Of a stretch of 64,000 bases of DNA, positions 50,826 to 61,835 are shown one piece after another. Position 1 is the first letter of the stretch; the number at the start of each line of letters is the position of its first letter. The stretch lies in NCBI GenBank assembly GCA_963663965.2, contig CAXXFK010000021.1:96218-160217 (forward strand), in the 5' to 3' direction. Source of the stretch: Sedimentisphaerales bacterium. Its GTDB lineage: Bacteria; Planctomycetota; Phycisphaerae; Sedimentisphaerales; SM23-30. The notes below the pieces were generated by a model, which had not been told where the DNA came from, made no database searches, and saw only the letters and a program-made list of their open reading frames with translations. Both the position numbers and the translations under genes were made by a program.

Positions 50826-53054
50826 TTGAAACGTCACCTGCTCATCACACTACTGATATTCGCGTATCAGCTCTCTTCAAACTGCCCCTGTCCAGCCCAG
50901 AACTCCTGGACCATCAACTGGGACCGATCCACAGAAACGTATGTTTACCATCCGCAAACCGGCGGGGCCTATTATCCACGTCTGATAAAACTAGCCAACG
51001 GGAACTGGCTGTGCGTTTTTGACGCCCTGACCCCGGGAGCATCCACTACCGATGTTTTAGTCTATCGCAGCCAGGATAATGGCACTACCTGGACCTATCT
51101 TTCCAAAGCCTCATTTGGTACTGGCAGCGCCGCCAATGGACAGATAACCCAATTAACAAACGGAGACCTGCTATGTACTTACCGGCTGGTTAATGAACCG
51201 GTTAAAACCCTGAAAGTATCGCGCAGCAGTAATAACGGCCTGACCTGGCAGCATTTATCTACTATAATTGCCAACACCGATGGCGTCTGGGAACCCCATA
51301 TTATTCAAAAACCGGATAACCAGCTTTTGGTGTTTTACGCCCAGGACCAGGAATACGAAGGCTGCGATCAGGTTATCGAAATGCAACGATCCGATAATAA
51401 CGGCCTGACCTGGCATTCACCCCAGGTGATCAGCAAACAATTTGGTTCCAGAGATGGAATGCCCGTCCCTGCCATTCTTGCCAATGGAGACTTATATGTC
51501 GTCCTGGAAGGCCATGATCCCAATCGTCAATGGCAATTTTGCATCTGGTCCGTTCGCAGTAGCAATGGCGGTGACACATGGGGGCCGCGCAAACTGGTTT
51601 ACCAGCCGCCCAGCCTGGACTATTACGCCGCAGCGCCGTACACCATTGAATGTAATCCGGAATCCATTTTAGTTTCATATCAGACCAATGATGTCTCCGC
51701 AGGAGTAAATCGACAAATGGGTATTGTCGGCTCTCTGGATAATGGCGCTACCTGGCAATCGCTTCCCATGCCGTTTATCGACCAAACCAATATCCGCTAT
51801 TCCTGGAATTCCCTGATGTCACAGGCAACCGGCCAGGTTGTGGCTGCTACCAGCATTGGCGGTGTCGGCCCTGATAGCATTAAACTGGTCAAAGGAACCG
51901 TTCACTTTGAACCGGTTATCAATGTTTCAGCCAGCCATATCTATGGCTTACTGGGTGAGCCTGTGAAACTTTCCGCAGATTATCAATCGGATGACCTTAT
52001 CGATCAGGTTGAATGGTTCCGCAATACTGAAGAGGGGCAATCGGTGTTAATGCCGGCCAGTCAAACCGGGTATGATCAGCAAAGCACCCAAATCACCTTT
52101 CCGGCGGCAGCCGAAGAAAATGCCGGCCAGTATTTCTGTCGTGTCCATACCCGTAGCGGGTTGACCAGCGAATCGCCCATAATCAGCCTATCCCTCCACA
52201 ACGGGATTGTCCATCGTTATACCTTTGATGAACCCGAAATATTACCGGGTGATCCATCCATTTATATTCCGGACATCATCGGTGGTCCAATCTGGCAGGC
52301 CAAAGCAATCCAGTATCCGGGTGTTGACTTTCAGTGGGATAACGGCATGATCACATTGGGTAACGATGGCGCCCAGTATTCCAATGGCGCCGGCGACGGA
52401 CAGGCCAACGGTAATTATATCGATTTACCCAATGGGATTGTCAGCCACCTGGGTACTGTCGCGTCGTTTGAATGCTGGTTTGTCTGGGATGGCCCAGCCA
52501 GCAACAATTGGCAACGCGTGTTTGATTTTGGCCAGTCCGCCCTGGGAGAAGATTTATCCGACAATGCGTCCGGACAATATAATCTGTTTGTTTCTCCAAG
52601 AGCCGGAAGCCAGCGATTAAGGGGCGCCTGGCGAAATCCCGCGCAGGAAAAATCCATTGATAGCCCCGCCGGACCAGTATTGGTTAATGGCGGATTAAAC
52701 CAGGTTGTGCTGGTATGCGATGGATATGAACAAAAGGCTGTTTTATACTGGAATGGCCAGTTGGCAGGCGCGGGCACTTTGGATTTCAAGCCCGCCGATA
52801 TGGATGACCGCAATAATTGGCTGGGCCGCTCCCAATGGGGTGACCCTCTTTTCAACGGCCGATATGCCGATTTTAGAATTTACGATTACCCGCTCTCAGA
52901 TGAGGAAATCCTGTCGAGCTGGCTGGCCGGGCCCAACCATCCGGGTTTTCATCCGATTTGTACTGAGATCATTGCCGGTGATATCAACCACGATTGTTAT
53001 ACCGACCTGAATGACCTGATGATCCTTTCTCAAAACTGGTTAATAAAACCCTAG
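50826..53054 (+). CDS. Secreted BNR/Asp-box (sialidase/GH93-like) propeller + Ig + LamG + dockerin-like tail
   Basis: Five S.D.G.TW-type Asp-boxes, YPR, WEP, RDGMP; WQRVFDFG and NNWLGRSQW LamG motifs; GDINHDC..DL.DL. Confidence 0.85.
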   Translation: MKRHLLITLLIFAYQLSSNCPCPAQNSWTINWDRSTETYVYHPQTGGAYYPRLIKLANGNWLCVFDALTPGASTTDVLVYRSQDNGTTWTYLSKASFGTGSAANGQITQLTNGDLLCTYRLVNEPVKTLKVSRSSNNGLTWQHLSTIIANTDGVWEPHIIQKPDNQLLVFYAQDQEYEGCDQVIEMQRSDNNGLTWHSPQVISKQFGSRDGMPVPAILANGDLYVVLEGHDPNRQWQFCIWSVRSSNGGDTWGPRKLVYQPPSLDYYAAAPYTIECNPESILVSYQTNDVSAGVNRQMGIVGSLDNGATWQSLPMPFIDQTNIRYSWNSLMSQATGQVVAATSIGGVGPDSIKLVKGTVHFEPVINVSASHIYGLLGEPVKLSADYQSDDLIDQVEWFRNTEEGQSVLMPASQTGYDQQSTQITFPAAAEENAGQYFCRVHTRSGLTSESPIISLSLHNGIVHRYTFDEPEILPGDPSIYIPDIIGGPIWQAKAIQYPGVDFQWDNGMITLGNDGAQYSNGAGDGQANGNYIDLPNGIVSHLGTVASFECWFVWDGPASNNWQRVFDFGQSALGEDLSDNASGQYNLFVSPRAGSQRLRGAWRNPAQEKSIDSPAGPVLVNGGLNQVVLVCDGYEQKAVLYWNGQLAGAGTLDFKPADMDDRNNWLGRSQWGDPLFNGRYADFRIYDYPLSDEEILSSWLAGPNHPGFHPICTEIIAGDINHDCYTDLNDLMILSQNWLIKP

Positions 53055-53087
53055 GCCGGACAGAGATTTCACGGTATATTATCATTT

Positions 53088-53906
53088 ATGAGAAACCGGT
53101 TGCTGCAATGTTTTATACCGATATTACGCTGGTATCGCGCCCGCGAAGTCCAGCAGGTCAGGACTAAGCTGCTTCCCGAGCTAATGATGAAAATCAATTC
53201 ATGCAAAACGCGTGATGATATCTATAGCAAATTAGGGAAACCCCGGGAGATAAGGCCGGGAAAAGATTACGGCTGCATGACTCGAGAAACAGGACAATGG
53301 AGCCATCCGGATTCGGGTGAATACTATCTGGTTGGATTGTGTGGGTTGCATGTATGTTATAAAAACGACCAAGTTGTTTCAATAAGCGGTCATTGCCAAC
53401 ACTCATCGCTGGATAGCTGGATATGGAACAAACAGTGCCAGAACGCAGAAGAGTATATTATTCTGCATCTCCAGCGGGAACTGGACCGTAAACGGGAAAA
53501 GCTGGGACAGCGCCGGGAACACAAACTGCTCGATCGCAAACTTGATCTTACCAGCCTGGATGAATTTCTATCCTGGTATCTGGCTGAACTTCCACCAGTT
53601 CCTCATACGGTCGAGAATAACCGCTTGCATGAACAGTTTCTCCAGGCCACAACCGAATCGGGCATCTGCCGTAAGCTGGCCGATCTCAAAGAGGCGCTTG
53701 ACCGGACAGCAACCTTCCAAGATCAGTATCCCCGGCTCAGAACCCATTCGGCCATGACCCGATTAGCCGTACGTTGCGCGTTAATCTACCCTCAACTTAC
53801 CGAAAAGATTGAAGATATTCGTAGTTTAATTGATAAAGATTTCCGCAAACAATTACGAAACCAGTTTAAACAGGAATATCCAGATGCCGTATTTCCTGAT
53901 GATTAG
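53088..53906 (+). CDS. Hypothetical protein
   Basis: 272-aa ORF filling the gap between genes; no recognised family. Confidence 0.6.
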   Translation: MRNRLLQCFIPILRWYRAREVQQVRTKLLPELMMKINSCKTRDDIYSKLGKPREIRPGKDYGCMTRETGQWSHPDSGEYYLVGLCGLHVCYKNDQVVSISGHCQHSSLDSWIWNKQCQNAEEYIILHLQRELDRKREKLGQRREHKLLDRKLDLTSLDEFLSWYLAELPPVPHTVENNRLHEQFLQATTESGICRKLADLKEALDRTATFQDQYPRLRTHSAMTRLAVRCALIYPQLTEKIEDIRSLIDKDFRKQLRNQFKQEYPDAVFPDD

Positions 53907-54125
53907 GGCTCAATCCATACTGAATATAACCGAACCATAACCTATCCTGACTTAATGCCAAATAACGGATAACTTGTTAAACGCAAACTGATTATGAAAA
54001 AGCGATAGAATATATTGGCGTTCATCCAATTTCTATGCAGTATAATGTGTTGGTAATCGTTTGCTTATTGAATAGCTCCTGAACTATTCAGCCCCCCGTC
54101 AGTATTAAATAAGAGGTAAGTTCAT

Positions 54126-57011
54126 ATGAATAAGCTATCAGCGATAATGATCTGGATTGGGATGCTCGCATCGATTAGTCTGGGAACAGTCAGCAGTTCA
54201 AGCGAATTCGATCCGCGCTATCTGGCTAATTATGCCTTCGATGGCAAGACCGATACCCGCTGGGCCAGTAAAACCGGCCAGACCCCACAATGGCTGATGC
54301 TGGATATGGGAGAATCCGTGGCTTTTCAAGGTGGCCTGACCATCCACTGGGAACACGCTTACGCGGCCGAATATGAAATCCAGGTTTCCGACGATAATAA
54401 GAACTGGACAAGTATTTATAAAGGCCAGGGCAAAGATGGCAAAGATTCAATCGCTAATCTGGATGGCACCGGCCGCTATTGGCGAATCTGGTGTGCCAAA
54501 ACCGGTCCTCATAATCTCTCTTCCATCTGGGAAATTGAATTTGACGATCCAGAATCAAAACAATATGTGCGCGAAAGAATGGCTGGCTGGGAAAAACAGC
54601 AACAAGAACTAAAACAGCAACGTTTATTGAAACTAATAGATAATGCTCCTCTCGATAAAGTGGTTTTTGCCGTTCGAAAAGAACACACCGACGGCCACTG
54701 GTATGCCAATTTCGCCTATTATGCCGAAAGCAATGAAAGAAAATGTTACGCCGAAGGCGGGCGATTATGCCTGTTGGATGTTAAAAGTGGTGAAGTAAAA
54801 GATTTGCTGGAAGATGACCGGGGCGGTTTTCGTGATCCAGCCGTTCATTATAACGGAAGAACCCTGGTCTTTGCCTGGCGTCGGGGAGGTACAGGCCACT
54901 ACCATCTCTATACGATGGATCTGGAATCGCCCGGCGAGCCGGTCCAGATTACCGATGGCAATGGAGATTACGACGATATCGAACCAGCCTGGCTACCTGA
55001 TGGCGATATTGTTTTTGTTTCTAGCCGATGCAAACGCTGGGTCAACTGCTGGTTAACCCAGGTGGGTATCATCTACCGATGCCGTCCGGACGGATCGCAG
55101 GTACGCCAGTTATCCGCCAATACCGAACACGACAATACACCATGGGTCTTGCCCGACGGGCGAATTCTCTATATGCGCTGGGAATACATCGATCGATCGC
55201 AAGTGCATTATCATCACCTCTGGACCATGAATCCGGATGGAACCAATCAAACGGTTTTTTTTGGCAATCAGTTTGCCGGAAATGTGCTGATTGACGCCCG
55301 GCCATTACCCAACAGTCCAAGTATTGTCGCGATACGCTCTCCCGGCCATGGCTCAAAAGAACATACCGGACACATAGCGATTATTGATCCTAAAAACGGT
55401 CCAGATGATATTGGACGTATGCGGGACATCACCGGTTGGGGATACCGCGATCCATTTCCATTAACCAATGATACCTATATCGCCGCACGGGGCCGAGAGA
55501 TTGTCTTAGTTAAAAACAGCGATGTGGCGCCGATCTATCAGATACCAGCGGACCTCATGGCCGAATGTACTCTCCATGAGCCCCGTCCGGTTCAGAAAAA
55601 CCCGTACGAACAACAAATCGTCAAACGTACCGACTGGAGTCAATCAACCGGTACGCTGGTCTTGACCAACGTTTATGAAGGGCGTAATATGGCCGGCGTC
55701 AATCCCGGTGAGGTCAAAAAGCTTTTAGTCATCGAGAGCCTGCCCAAACCCATCAATTATACCGGAGGCATGGAACCGCTCAGTTATGGTGGCACGTTTA
55801 CCCTGGAGCGGGTGGTTGGCACCGTACCGGTGGAAGCGGATGGCTCGGCCAATTTTGAATTACCCCCGATGAGATCTTTCTTCTTTATCGCCCTGAACGA
55901 CCAAGACCAATCGATCAAGCGAATGCAAAGCTTCACCTCGGTGATGCCTGGTGAAGTCAATAGTTGCGTTGGCTGCCATGAGCCCCGCACACAAACTCCG
56001 GTCAATAACTTTAGTGGAGGTAAAGTACAGGCTCTGAATCGTCCGGCCAGCCTGATCCAACCGGTTGCCGATGTTCCCGATGTCTTCGATTTTCCACGCC
56101 ATATTCAACCCATTCTGGATCGTCATTGCGTAAAATGTCATAATCCAACGAAATACGCCGGACGGGTTATTCTTACCGGAGACCAGGGCCCGCTTTATTC
56201 GATCGCCTATTACAACCTTTCAACTCGCGGTTTAATTGCCGACGGTCGCAACCTGCCTAAAAGTAATTATGCACCACGTACCATTGGCGATATCGCCAGT
56301 CGTCTGATGAAAAAAGTGGATGGCAACCATAACGATACCAAAGTCTCACTACCAGAACGGCGAATCTTGCAATACTGGATTAATACCGGCGCTCCCTGGC
56401 CGGGGACCTATGCCGCTTTGGGCTGTGGAATGATCGGTGGGTATTCAGAAAACCAGTGCGACCGCCAGGACCTGCAATGGCCCGAGATTAAAGCCGCGAT
56501 TAATACTATCAATTCCCGATGCGGGAGTTGCCATCAAGACAAATTGCATATTCCACGTTCACCATCCGACGATGCCACCCCACCCTGGAATATCAACTAT
56601 GAGGATATCCCTATCAGGTTGAATCGCCATCGGCTATACAATTTGAGCCATCCCGATTTATCACCGCTGGTATTAGCCCCATTAGCTAAATCTGCCGGAG
56701 GTTGGGGGATGGTCCAGCGCGGTCCGGATGGCAAAAAGACCGATAAAATAATCGAAATCTTCAAAAGTAAAGATGACCCGGACTACCAAATCCTGCTGAA
56801 ATCGATCGAACGAACCAAACGACATCTCGATACAATTACCCGGTTTAATATGCCAAATTTTAAACCACGTGACGCCTATTTGCGTGAAATGAAACGCTAT
56901 GGTATACTAGCAACCGAAGCTGCCGGCCCCTTTGATGTATATAACCTGGATCGTTTATATTGGGAATCTCTCTGGTATCAGCCGGAGTTGCAAACAGTAA
57001 ACACTCAGTAG
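54126..57011 (+). CDS. Secreted F5/8 (discoidin) + TolB-like propeller + hydrazine-synthase-alpha-like middle domain + c-type heme motifs
   Basis: AFDGKTDTRWAS; DIEPAWLPDGDIVFVSSR; GTVPVEADGSA; CVGCH, CVKCH, CGSCH. Confidence 0.8.
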   Translation: MNKLSAIMIWIGMLASISLGTVSSSSEFDPRYLANYAFDGKTDTRWASKTGQTPQWLMLDMGESVAFQGGLTIHWEHAYAAEYEIQVSDDNKNWTSIYKGQGKDGKDSIANLDGTGRYWRIWCAKTGPHNLSSIWEIEFDDPESKQYVRERMAGWEKQQQELKQQRLLKLIDNAPLDKVVFAVRKEHTDGHWYANFAYYAESNERKCYAEGGRLCLLDVKSGEVKDLLEDDRGGFRDPAVHYNGRTLVFAWRRGGTGHYHLYTMDLESPGEPVQITDGNGDYDDIEPAWLPDGDIVFVSSRCKRWVNCWLTQVGIIYRCRPDGSQVRQLSANTEHDNTPWVLPDGRILYMRWEYIDRSQVHYHHLWTMNPDGTNQTVFFGNQFAGNVLIDARPLPNSPSIVAIRSPGHGSKEHTGHIAIIDPKNGPDDIGRMRDITGWGYRDPFPLTNDTYIAARGREIVLVKNSDVAPIYQIPADLMAECTLHEPRPVQKNPYEQQIVKRTDWSQSTGTLVLTNVYEGRNMAGVNPGEVKKLLVIESLPKPINYTGGMEPLSYGGTFTLERVVGTVPVEADGSANFELPPMRSFFFIALNDQDQSIKRMQSFTSVMPGEVNSCVGCHEPRTQTPVNNFSGGKVQALNRPASLIQPVADVPDVFDFPRHIQPILDRHCVKCHNPTKYAGRVILTGDQGPLYSIAYYNLSTRGLIADGRNLPKSNYAPRTIGDIASRLMKKVDGNHNDTKVSLPERRILQYWINTGAPWPGTYAALGCGMIGGYSENQCDRQDLQWPEIKAAINTINSRCGSCHQDKLHIPRSPSDDATPPWNINYEDIPIRLNRHRLYNLSHPDLSPLVLAPLAKSAGGWGMVQRGPDGKKTDKIIEIFKSKDDPDYQILLKSIERTKRHLDTITRFNMPNFKPRDAYLREMKRYGILATEAAGPFDVYNLDRLYWESLWYQPELQTVNTQ

Positions 57012-57024
57012 CTTGCTACCCAGT

Positions 57025-58770
57025 TTACTTCTCTCCAGCTAAAACTTCTGCGATATTATAGGCATGATCTTTAATACGACGGTATGACCGAAGCATGTCA
57101 GTATATATCAGACTCTTAAGCGGTTTAACGTTACCCGCTTCTACCCGGGTTAAATGTCGGGAACGACTTTCTTTAACATATTTCGTTACCGCGTTTCCTT
57201 TATTTTTCGCTTCGCTTAAAAGAGTTGAATCTTCACGATCAACCGCTTCGGCCACAAGAATCAGGTAATCCTTGACCATTTCATGCAAGGTATCAAGATC
57301 CTGTTTGCCTTCTGGACTTAATGACAACTGCCCATCCTTCATTTTCAAATGCAGTTTTAACAAAGTGGCAATATAGTCACTGATGGACTCAAATTCATCT
57401 GCCATGCGAATTTGTTCACGGCCGTCTGCCGTGACTTCATGCGAGATATTACCAGACATCACATGACCGATAAATTCCACAATCTCTTTCTGCATTACAT
57501 CCAGATCCTGCTCTCCCTGAAAGATTCGCTCGACGATTTCATTATTAGACGCAGGCGATGACATCACCTGTTTTAAATCGTTTAACATATCCAATGTTCT
57601 ACGCCCCATTCGAATGACTTCCTCCCCAGATTGCTCAATAGCAATAGCCGGAGTATCGAACATGCGCACATCCAGATAGGTCAAATGAGGCACTTCCTCC
57701 ACATTGCGATCCGGGATAATGATTTTTAATACTCTGGCTAATATATGAATAAACGGCAGGAAAATAATCGTATTAATGACATTAAATCCTGTGTGGGTGG
57801 CCGCAATGGCGACTTTGCGATAAGGGTATGTCACAATCGAATCTTCATAGACGGAATCATTGGGCAATACATGTTCTGTGGTTTGCACCAGCCAGGTAAT
57901 AAAATCCATATAGTAATGAAATATCAGAGTAATCCAAAACACTCCAATAATATTGAATATCGTATGCGCCAACGCCGCACGCCGTGAATTCGTTGACGTG
58001 CCGATTGAAGCCAGCAACGCCGTCACGGTAGTACCGATATTTTCACCTAATACCAATGCAGCGCCGGTCTCAAAATCAATAGCCCCGGCATATGCCAGCG
58101 ATATAGTAATTCCCAGAGTGGCTGATGATGACTGTACAATCGCTGTTAATAAAGCGCCCACCAGACAGCATTTCAATACCCCAAAATACGTCGAGGGAGA
58201 AAACCGTTCAAACCACTCGACAAAATGCGGATAATTTCTTAGTGGTTTAAAACCGTCTGACATCATCTCCAAACCAAAAAACACCATGCCTAGCCCAAGA
58301 AAAAACATACCCAAAAAGCGAACACGGTCCTTTTTGCTAAATAGATAGACAAACGCAGATACCCCAAGGATGAGCAGACCATATTTGCTTACTTTGAATG
58401 TGAATAACCAACCGGTTATTGTCGTGCCAATATTAGCCCCCATAATCACGCTAATTGACTGAGTCAGATTCATTAAACCTGCATTAACCATACCAACAAC
58501 CATTACGGTTGTCACTGAACTCGACTGGATAATACAAGTAATTAATGTACCCAGTCCACATCCCAAGATTCGATGATTCGTTGCGAGGTTAATCAGCTTT
58601 CGGATCCGGTCACCCGCTACAGCCTGCATTCCCTCCGACATGTTTTTCATGCCTAACAGGAATATTCCTAATCCTCCCAGAACAATAAAGAACATCTGAA
58701 ACAAATCGATTTGTTCTGGATTCGATTCGGCTAAAACACCGCAAACCATATGCGAAATATTTATATCCAT
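57025..58770 (-). CDS. Na/Pi cotransporter family protein with PhoU-like C-terminus
   Basis: GGLGIFLLGM, two QSSS repeats, GANIGTT / GENIGTT. Confidence 0.93.
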   Translation of the reverse strand: MDINISHMVCGVLAESNPEQIDLFQMFFIVLGGLGIFLLGMKNMSEGMQAVAGDRIRKLINLATNHRILGCGLGTLITCIIQSSSVTTVMVVGMVNAGLMNLTQSISVIMGANIGTTITGWLFTFKVSKYGLLILGVSAFVYLFSKKDRVRFLGMFFLGLGMVFFGLEMMSDGFKPLRNYPHFVEWFERFSPSTYFGVLKCCLVGALLTAIVQSSSATLGITISLAYAGAIDFETGAALVLGENIGTTVTALLASIGTSTNSRRAALAHTIFNIIGVFWITLIFHYYMDFITWLVQTTEHVLPNDSVYEDSIVTYPYRKVAIAATHTGFNVINTIIFLPFIHILARVLKIIIPDRNVEEVPHLTYLDVRMFDTPAIAIEQSGEEVIRMGRRTLDMLNDLKQVMSSPASNNEIVERIFQGEQDLDVMQKEIVEFIGHVMSGNISHEVTADGREQIRMADEFESISDYIATLLKLHLKMKDGQLSLSPEGKQDLDTLHEMVKDYLILVAEAVDREDSTLLSEAKNKGNAVTKYVKESRSRHLTRVEAGNVKPLKSLIYTDMLRSYRRIKDHAYNIAEVLAGEK

Positions 58771-59063
58771 ATATAGACCTGATAATTATTGGATTAATCG
58801 TGATGACAATAAAACAAAACCCTAACCTCGCCCTAATATTTCTAGTTATATCCTTATAGAAAATAAACAATTAAAAGTCAACAACAAATTCATTAACCCA
58901 AACAGGAAGGCCCAATTTGACCAGGCGTAACCCTTTTCCTCTTCTCTAAGATATGAATCTAATCGATTTGACTTTGGGATGAGTTGAGTATTTATAAATA
59001 CCCTGCATCCATTGGAATATATCATACAAATCGAATAATATGACTCAAATCACGGCCAGCGAG

Positions 59064-59870
59064 CTAAAACCCTTGATAATCAGCCGTTACAAACGGGATA
59101 TTCACTTTTCCATCTTGGATCAGATGAATTCCCACTCCATATACCCTCTCTAAAACCGACTGATTTATCACTTCCAATCCCTCTCCCATTGCAATAATCT
59201 GCCCGTCGCACATAAAAACCAGCTCATCAGCAAATCGTGCGGCCAGATTAACATCATGACTCACACAAACGACCGCAATTTTCCAGTCATGGGCTAATCG
59301 TTGCATCATACGATAGATCATCAGCTGGTTACGAATATCAAGATGATTAGTGGGTTCATCCATTAAAATGACCGACGGCTGCTGAGCGAGAGCCCGTGCA
59401 ATCATAACACATTGCGCTTCGCCCCCGGATAATTCATCGAGAGTTCGATTTTCAAATCCATCAGTATGAGTCATTCGCATTGCAGCTCGGGCAATATCAA
59501 TATCTTTTTGGGTTGTCAGGCCAAGCACTCCGCCATGAGCGTACCTTCCCATTAATACCAGTTCCAATGCCGAAAATGCGAAAGCAGTACTTGGCGCCTG
59601 TGGCACATACGCCAGTAACCTGGCTAATTCCTTTTGAGGATAATCCCCAATCGCCTGCCCATCGAGTAATATTTGCCCCTTTTGAGGTCGCAGCCAACCC
59701 ATCAAGCACCGCATTAATGTCGATTTCCCGGATCCATTAGGTCCCAGTACACATACAACACGTTCCGGCCTCGCATTAAAGTTAATTCCAGCCAGCACAG
59801 ACTTATCATCCCTGTAAGAAAAAAATAGTTCTTGAGCCTGTAATATATGGCGGTTTTCACCATCGTTCAT
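59064..59870 (-). CDS. ABC transporter ATP-binding subunit (FepC/BtuD type)
   Basis: GPNGSGKST, LSGGE, DEPTNHLD. ATG 59870 overlaps the permease TGA. Confidence 0.93.
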   Translation of the reverse strand: MNDGENRHILQAQELFFSYRDDKSVLAGINFNARPERVVCVLGPNGSGKSTLMRCLMGWLRPQKGQILLDGQAIGDYPQKELARLLAYVPQAPSTAFAFSALELVLMGRYAHGGVLGLTTQKDIDIARAAMRMTHTDGFENRTLDELSGGEAQCVMIARALAQQPSVILMDEPTNHLDIRNQLMIYRMMQRLAHDWKIAVVCVSHDVNLAARFADELVFMCDGQIIAMGEGLEVINQSVLERVYGVGIHLIQDGKVNIPFVTADYQGF

Positions 59871-60913
59871 AATTGCCCTCCTTTTCGCCGCCAGCGAAGC
59901 AACAACACAAAGAATGGGCCGCCAACCAATGCAGTAAACACACCAACGGGCAACTCCCCTAAATGAAAAGCCTGTCCAATCATGCGGCATAAAGTGTCTG
60001 CCAGCATCAGGAACATCGCACCGCCAAATCCACAGACTATTACCAGTTGCCGATGATCCGGTCCAAAGATCAAACGGCATATATGCGGAATCACTAATCC
60101 GATAAAACCAATGGGGCCTGCCAGCGCAACGGCAGCAGAAGTCATGAATGAGACCACTATAAAGATCTCAAATCTTAATTGATAAACGGATACGCCACTA
60201 GAGGCCGCGACTTCATCGCCCAGTCCCAACGTATTGAAGGCGGCTGCACGTAAAAATAGATCCAGCCAGCCAACCAGAATAATCAAGCCACATACGACCA
60301 TCAAGCCCGGTTTAAACCATAATGATTCAGGAACATGACCCATACCCCACCCGATAAAATGAATCATTTCAGTCTGCTTAACAAATTGCAATATCCCCAT
60401 AATCAGTGCGCCATTGAAAACATTTACAATAACTCCGGATAATAAAAGGACATAAGCATCCAGACGACCGTTACGCTGTGCGATTAGATAAACAATCGCT
60501 GTCGTTATCACCGCGCCAAACATTGCTAATAGCGGGACCGTAATCCAATCAGGCAAAACGCCCGCTATCGCCAGGGTTGGTCCCAGCAAAACGCCCACAC
60601 CGGCGCCGCTAGATATTCCCAAAAGATAGGGCTCCGCCAACGGATTCCGCATTAAACCCTGTAATGCCAGCCCCGCAGTGGCCAGCGCTGCCCCAATCAT
60701 ACTCGCGGCCAAAAGACGGTATACTCGAACCTGCCAAATTCGTTCATGCCAGATCCGCCATTCCCAAAATCGCCCACTCATCTCAAATCTGAACTTATAA
60801 TCGCCCAATAAACTACACGCCGCTAAAACAATAAACGTTAATAGGGCACATAAAAGCGACATCATGCACAAATGTCGCATCGATAATAGTTTATAATTGT
60901 CTTTGGGGGGCAT
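59867..60913 (-). CDS. FecCD/BtuC-family permease
   Basis: QGLMRNPLAEPYLLGISSGA, GPIGFIGLVIPH, ELPVG. Confidence 0.94.
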   Translation of the reverse strand: MPPKDNYKLLSMRHLCMMSLLCALLTFIVLAACSLLGDYKFRFEMSGRFWEWRIWHERIWQVRVYRLLAASMIGAALATAGLALQGLMRNPLAEPYLLGISSGAGVGVLLGPTLAIAGVLPDWITVPLLAMFGAVITTAIVYLIAQRNGRLDAYVLLLSGVIVNVFNGALIMGILQFVKQTEMIHFIGWGMGHVPESLWFKPGLMVVCGLIILVGWLDLFLRAAAFNTLGLGDEVAASSGVSVYQLRFEIFIVVSFMTSAAVALAGPIGFIGLVIPHICRLIFGPDHRQLVIVCGFGGAMFLMLADTLCRMIGQAFHLGELPVGVFTALVGGPFFVLLLRWRRKGGQL

Positions 60914-60933
60914 ATTTTGTTGCGTCTAAAAAA

Positions 60934-61790
60934 TCACGGTGTATTTTCACCAATAAATTCGGCCATCCGTTCTGTATAATCCACTAAATGTCCGGCCGGA
61001 ATAGTCCAGTTATCTTCCATAACGATATATACCCTTGCTCTGCCATTAAATAATTCTTGCCAGTAGTGTTTAGCCGGCCGGCTTTGCGCCTCTTCCACCT
61101 GACAAATTACCACTTCAGGCCCCAATGCCAGTATACGCTCCAGCGATGGCTGTTTCCAGTGAGTAAATTCATCATGCAAGATATTCCTCCCTCCCGCCAA
61201 AACAATCATTTCATCTAGAAATGTATCCCGACCTGGCCCCGAGGGTGATCATAACCCAAAACAAATAATACCTTTCTAGGATGATCATTGGATGTATGCA
61301 TTTTTATCCGTTCTAATCGTTTTTCAAAATCATCCTTCGCACTTTTACCGGTATCCCCTTCACCCAGGATGTTTCCCAGGCGCTCCATCGCTAAACCAAT
61401 ATCCCCCAGCGTCTCAATTTGGAAATGCTCGATTTGGATTTCCGGACGCATTTTTAAAACAGATTCAAATTCCCGCGATTTCGTTTGTGTCAAAATAATA
61501 TCCGGGTGTACAGACAGTATTGGTTCAACACGGATATTTAATGTATCACCGACAACTGGAATTGTGAGACCTTCAGGCAATTTGCAGTATTTGGTAACAC
61601 CGGCAATATGGTTATCGAGTCCCAGATCATTAAGGATTTGTGTCAATGCCGGCGAAAAACTGATAACCCGCGGGGATTGAACCTGTCGGCCGCCATGGTC
61701 GTGATTACACCCGATCAGCAGGAAGATTAATAATCCACAATGGACCGATCGATATCTCACCCGAAAACTGGCCGGCTCAATCCGCTCCAT
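60934..61790 (-). CDS. Helical-backbone (BtuF/FecB-type) substrate-binding lipoprotein; -1 frameshift near 61243
   Basis: LLIGC lipobox, RVISFSP, GVTKYC. Adding one base restores HPSGPGRDTFLDEMIVLAGGRN. Confidence 0.82.
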
Positions 61791-61835
61791 GATAGTCCAT
61801 TAATAGCTGCAACGTATAGCAGTAGGGTTTGAAGT

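Noticed and set aside
54126..57011. Hydrazine synthase / anammox
   Set aside because: Only alpha-like domain similarity, fused to a discoidin domain; no hzsB/hzsC or hao-type genes.
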